In this document: piece by piece, positions 61,830 to 64,000 of the stretch | How positions within the stretch are numbered: position 1 is the stretch's first letter | Layout: each line of letters opens with the position of its first letter | IMG/VR virus record: IMGVR_UViG_3300043395_000996 | Coordinates: 32,001-96,000 of that record | Origin: a virus | DNA length: 64,000 bases | Reading direction: 5' to 3' (one strand) | The notes under the pieces: generated by a model | Told to the model about the DNA's origin: nothing | Databases searched by the model: none | Seen by the model: the letters and a program-made list of their open reading frames with translations, nothing else | Translations under genes and position numbers: made by a program

Positions 61830-62634
61830 AAAAAAAGTCTACCCCAAATGGGATACGAAGAGCCTCCTTCTCTCCGGTGAATGGCGATTCGTAATCAAAT
61901 TTTAAATCCAAATCAGGTGTAACTTCGGCTATTGCTTTTCTTAATCCTTTAGAATCCCCTGCTAATAATCTATTAGATACAAAATTACTGATAAATCCTA
62001 AATCTCTATTTCCATCAACTTCAACAATAATTCTTCTATATCTTGTTGTTATTTCATTTGATTGTTTTAGAGTTTTTTCATAAGCTTCTATATCTTTATT
62101 AATAGCTAATTCATCTCCGTGTGTAAGTAATTTAAATTTGATTGGAGTTTTAGAAATCGGTAATATGAATTCATATTCATTTTTTCTATTTAATTTAGAA
62201 TAATCGATTTCTTTTATTTTTATTTGAGCTAAATCAATCGTAACAGGCACAGGTTCATTTTCAACCGGGTCATTTACAGTTACCTCATATTCAGGTCCAA
62301 ATGCTAGAACTCTTGATGATACCAAAACAGCGTTTTTATCTCCAATCAATAAATCTTCTGGTTTTACTCCCTTTTCAATAATGATTGATTCCAATAATTT
62401 ATCAATATGAATTCCTTTACGAATTAAGTTTGTAGAAGTAAGAATATCTTCTTCTTTTGCTGTCATCAATTTAATTGTAATTTCTCCTTTTGCTAAAGGA
62501 TGTCCTTCTGGATAACATAATCCTTTCGATGGTAATGATATAACCTCTGTTGGAAATGGATATGATGTTTCTTGTTGAAATTGTGGTTGTGTACCCAATC
62601 CTCTTGTAACGTTTTGCTCTAAATTTTGTTCCAT
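61816..62634 (-). CDS. Tail assembly chaperone / baseplate hub assembly protein (T4 gp26-like)
   Basis: LPSKGLCY, IKLMTAKEEDIL, GDKNAVLVSSR; ends FGVDFFYP; upstream of the tape measure. Confidence 0.72.
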   Translation of the reverse strand: MEQNLEQNVTRGLGTQPQFQQETSYPFPTEVISLPSKGLCYPEGHPLAKGEITIKLMTAKEEDILTSTNLIRKGIHIDKLLESIIIEKGVKPEDLLIGDKNAVLVSSRVLAFGPEYEVTVNDPVENEPVPVTIDLAQIKIKEIDYSKLNRKNEYEFILPISKTPIKFKLLTHGDELAINKDIEAYEKTLKQSNEITTRYRRIIVEVDGNRDLGFISNFVSNRLLAGDSKGLRKAIAEVTPDLDLKFDYESPFTGEKEALRIPFGVDFFYPGE

Positions 62635-62671
62635 AATTATAACTTAATGTTTATATATAAGTATATATAAA

Positions 62672-62704
62672 ATAAAAAAGTGGTAAGGATTTCCCTCACC
62701 ACTT
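62672..62704 (-). terminator. Rho-independent terminator between the early genes and the tail block
   Basis: GTGGTGAGG-GAAAT-CCTTACCAC followed by TTTTT on the minus strand. Confidence 0.8.
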
Positions 62705-62732
62705 TATATATCAATTAACAAAATGAAAAATT

Positions 62733-63059
62733 TTAATACCAATCTTTTGATTCGTAATAGTCTACATTCGCATATACTTTAATGATTTTATCACCATTTT
62801 TATGTGCACTATTTAAATATTCAAAATATTCCTCCTCACTATGTGCAGGGAAATCAATATGCCACCCCTCATTAGTAACCACTTCAATACGGACATTTTT
62901 ATATGCCTCAATATAGCCACTCACTTTCGCTGAACGATATTCATCCGTTTTTTTAAATGTAAACTCAAACGAAGATAATTCATTCATTTCTCCAATAACT
63001 TCTGCTTCCATTTCCAAACGGTCAGCAAGAACTTCAACATCATAAGAATCGTATAACAT
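62733..63059 (-). CDS. Acidic hypothetical protein, early-type
   Basis: 108-aa ORF with A-rich leader. Confidence 0.65.
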   Translation of the reverse strand: MLYDSYDVEVLADRLEMEAEVIGEMNELSSFEFTFKKTDEYRSAKVSGYIEAYKNVRIEVVTNEGWHIDFPAHSEEEYFEYLNSAHKNGDKIIKVYANVDYYESKDWY

Positions 63060-63077
63060 AATTTTAGATTTTAAGGA

Positions 63078-63344
63078 TTAATATTCAATTAACGAAACCG
63101 GTACGTTGTAAGAAGCGAACCCGCCAACCACACGCAGATTAGCTTTGGTTCGATTAATTTTAGTAACCTCCAACTCTCTACCTCGTAGTTTAGGATGATT
63201 GACCTTTACTTTCATACCTATACTTAAACCTACTTTCTTTTGAAGTGATTCAATGGTACGTTTTTGTTTAATTAAATCAACTACCAATGAGTTGATATTG
63301 CGTAATTCTTCAACCGATAACTTTGATAATTCTGAATAGTTCAT
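63078..63344 (-). CDS. Hypothetical protein with SH3/KOW-like C-terminus
   Basis: LSIGMKVKV...VTKINRTKA. Confidence 0.6.
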   Translation of the reverse strand: MNYSELSKLSVEELRNINSLVVDLIKQKRTIESLQKKVGLSIGMKVKVNHPKLRGRELEVTKINRTKANLRVVGGFASYNVPVSLIEY

Positions 63345-63370
63345 GTCTTTTATATTTTAAGTTTTAAATT

Positions 63371-63568
63371 TTAATAATCATACTCCATATCTAACTGGCG
63401 TTGAAACAACTCAGCCTTTGCCAGGTCGTATTTCACCATACTAATCAAATCCTTCTCCCACATCTGAATATTCAACTCCCACGCACTAATTCCCAAATGG
63501 AGAGCTCTACTCTCTATGAAGTTACAATACTCATTAACACTCATACCACGCACATCAATTAGTTCCAT
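63371..63568 (-). CDS. Hypothetical protein, early-type
   Basis: Start moved to MELIDV after the A-rich leader. Confidence 0.6.
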   Translation of the reverse strand: MELIDVRGMSVNEYCNFIESRALHLGISAWELNIQMWEKDLISMVKYDLAKAELFQRQLDMEYDY

Positions 63569-63605
63569 ATTTTTATTTGTTTTAACTCTCACTCTCAATT
63601 ACCTT

Positions 63606-63636
63606 ACAATATACAAAAAATATCAATTCAAGTCAA
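63606..63636 (-). promoter_or_regulatory. Early-type promoter
   Basis: TTGACT-N17-TATATT, equivalent to TTG-N20-TATATTGT. Confidence 0.75.
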
Positions 63637-63655
63637 GCTTTTTTTGAATTATTTT

Positions 63656-63925
63656 TTAATTTTCTTTGGCGGCTTCAGCCCATTCCTCATTAACCATTCC
63701 CCAATAGTTTTTGTTTAAGTAGATAATATCGTATCCACTATCGTTTCTTTCTACGGTCACAATTCCTTTCTTAACCAAAGAACCCAATGCACCTCTGATA
63801 GATTTTGTTGGGATGCCAGTACATTCACTCAAATCATTTACATCCACATCAGAAAAGCCCGGTTCAGCGTATAAACAACTAATGAAAGTACTCAATGTTT
63901 TTTCTTCTAACCATGTGATATTCAT
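63656..63925 (-). CDS. Winged-helix DNA-binding protein
   Basis: VNDLSECTGIPTKSIRGALGSLVKKGIV. Confidence 0.75.
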   Translation of the reverse strand: MNITWLEEKTLSTFISCLYAEPGFSDVDVNDLSECTGIPTKSIRGALGSLVKKGIVTVERNDSGYDIIYLNKNYWGMVNEEWAEAAKEN

Positions 63926-63962
63926 AACTCTATTTGTTTTATGTTTAACTCTTATTACATAG

Positions 63963-63993
63963 TAAAGGTAAGTAATTTTGCTATAAAAGTCAA
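63963..63993 (-). promoter_or_regulatory. Early-type promoter
   Basis: TTGACT-N17-TACCTT, equivalent to TTG-N20-TACCTTTA. Confidence 0.65.
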
Positions 63994-64000
63994 GTCTTTT

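Overview
A 64-kb, AT-rich segment of a large T4-like (myovirus-type) phage genome. Every credible gene is on the minus strand; the plus-strand ORFs are antisense shadows. From right to left (transcription order) it holds: small early-type genes; a tail/baseplate block (tail chaperone with a candidate +1/-2 programmed frameshift, tape measure, tube-initiator, LysM wedge and hub-like proteins); a 2OG-Fe(II) oxygenase and a divergent family-A polymerase; a T4-like replication and recombination core (gp32 SSB, UvsX, flap nuclease, gp41 helicase, class Ia RNR, PhoH, thioredoxin, PolB, clamp and loaders, dUTPase, dCMP deaminase); a candidate DNA-hypermodification locus (HTH, two Mom paralogues, DUF4338, glycosyltransferase, PolB); a glycosyltransferase and nucleotide-sugar cluster; GroEL and GroES; Fe-S genes; and a GH19 endolysin. 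Twelve TTG-N20-TA promoters, a DUF4494 protein and an Hc1-like protein point to a Bacteroidota host (inference). No tRNA, rRNA or CRISPR array was seen. All family assignments come from motifs read by eye, without database searches.
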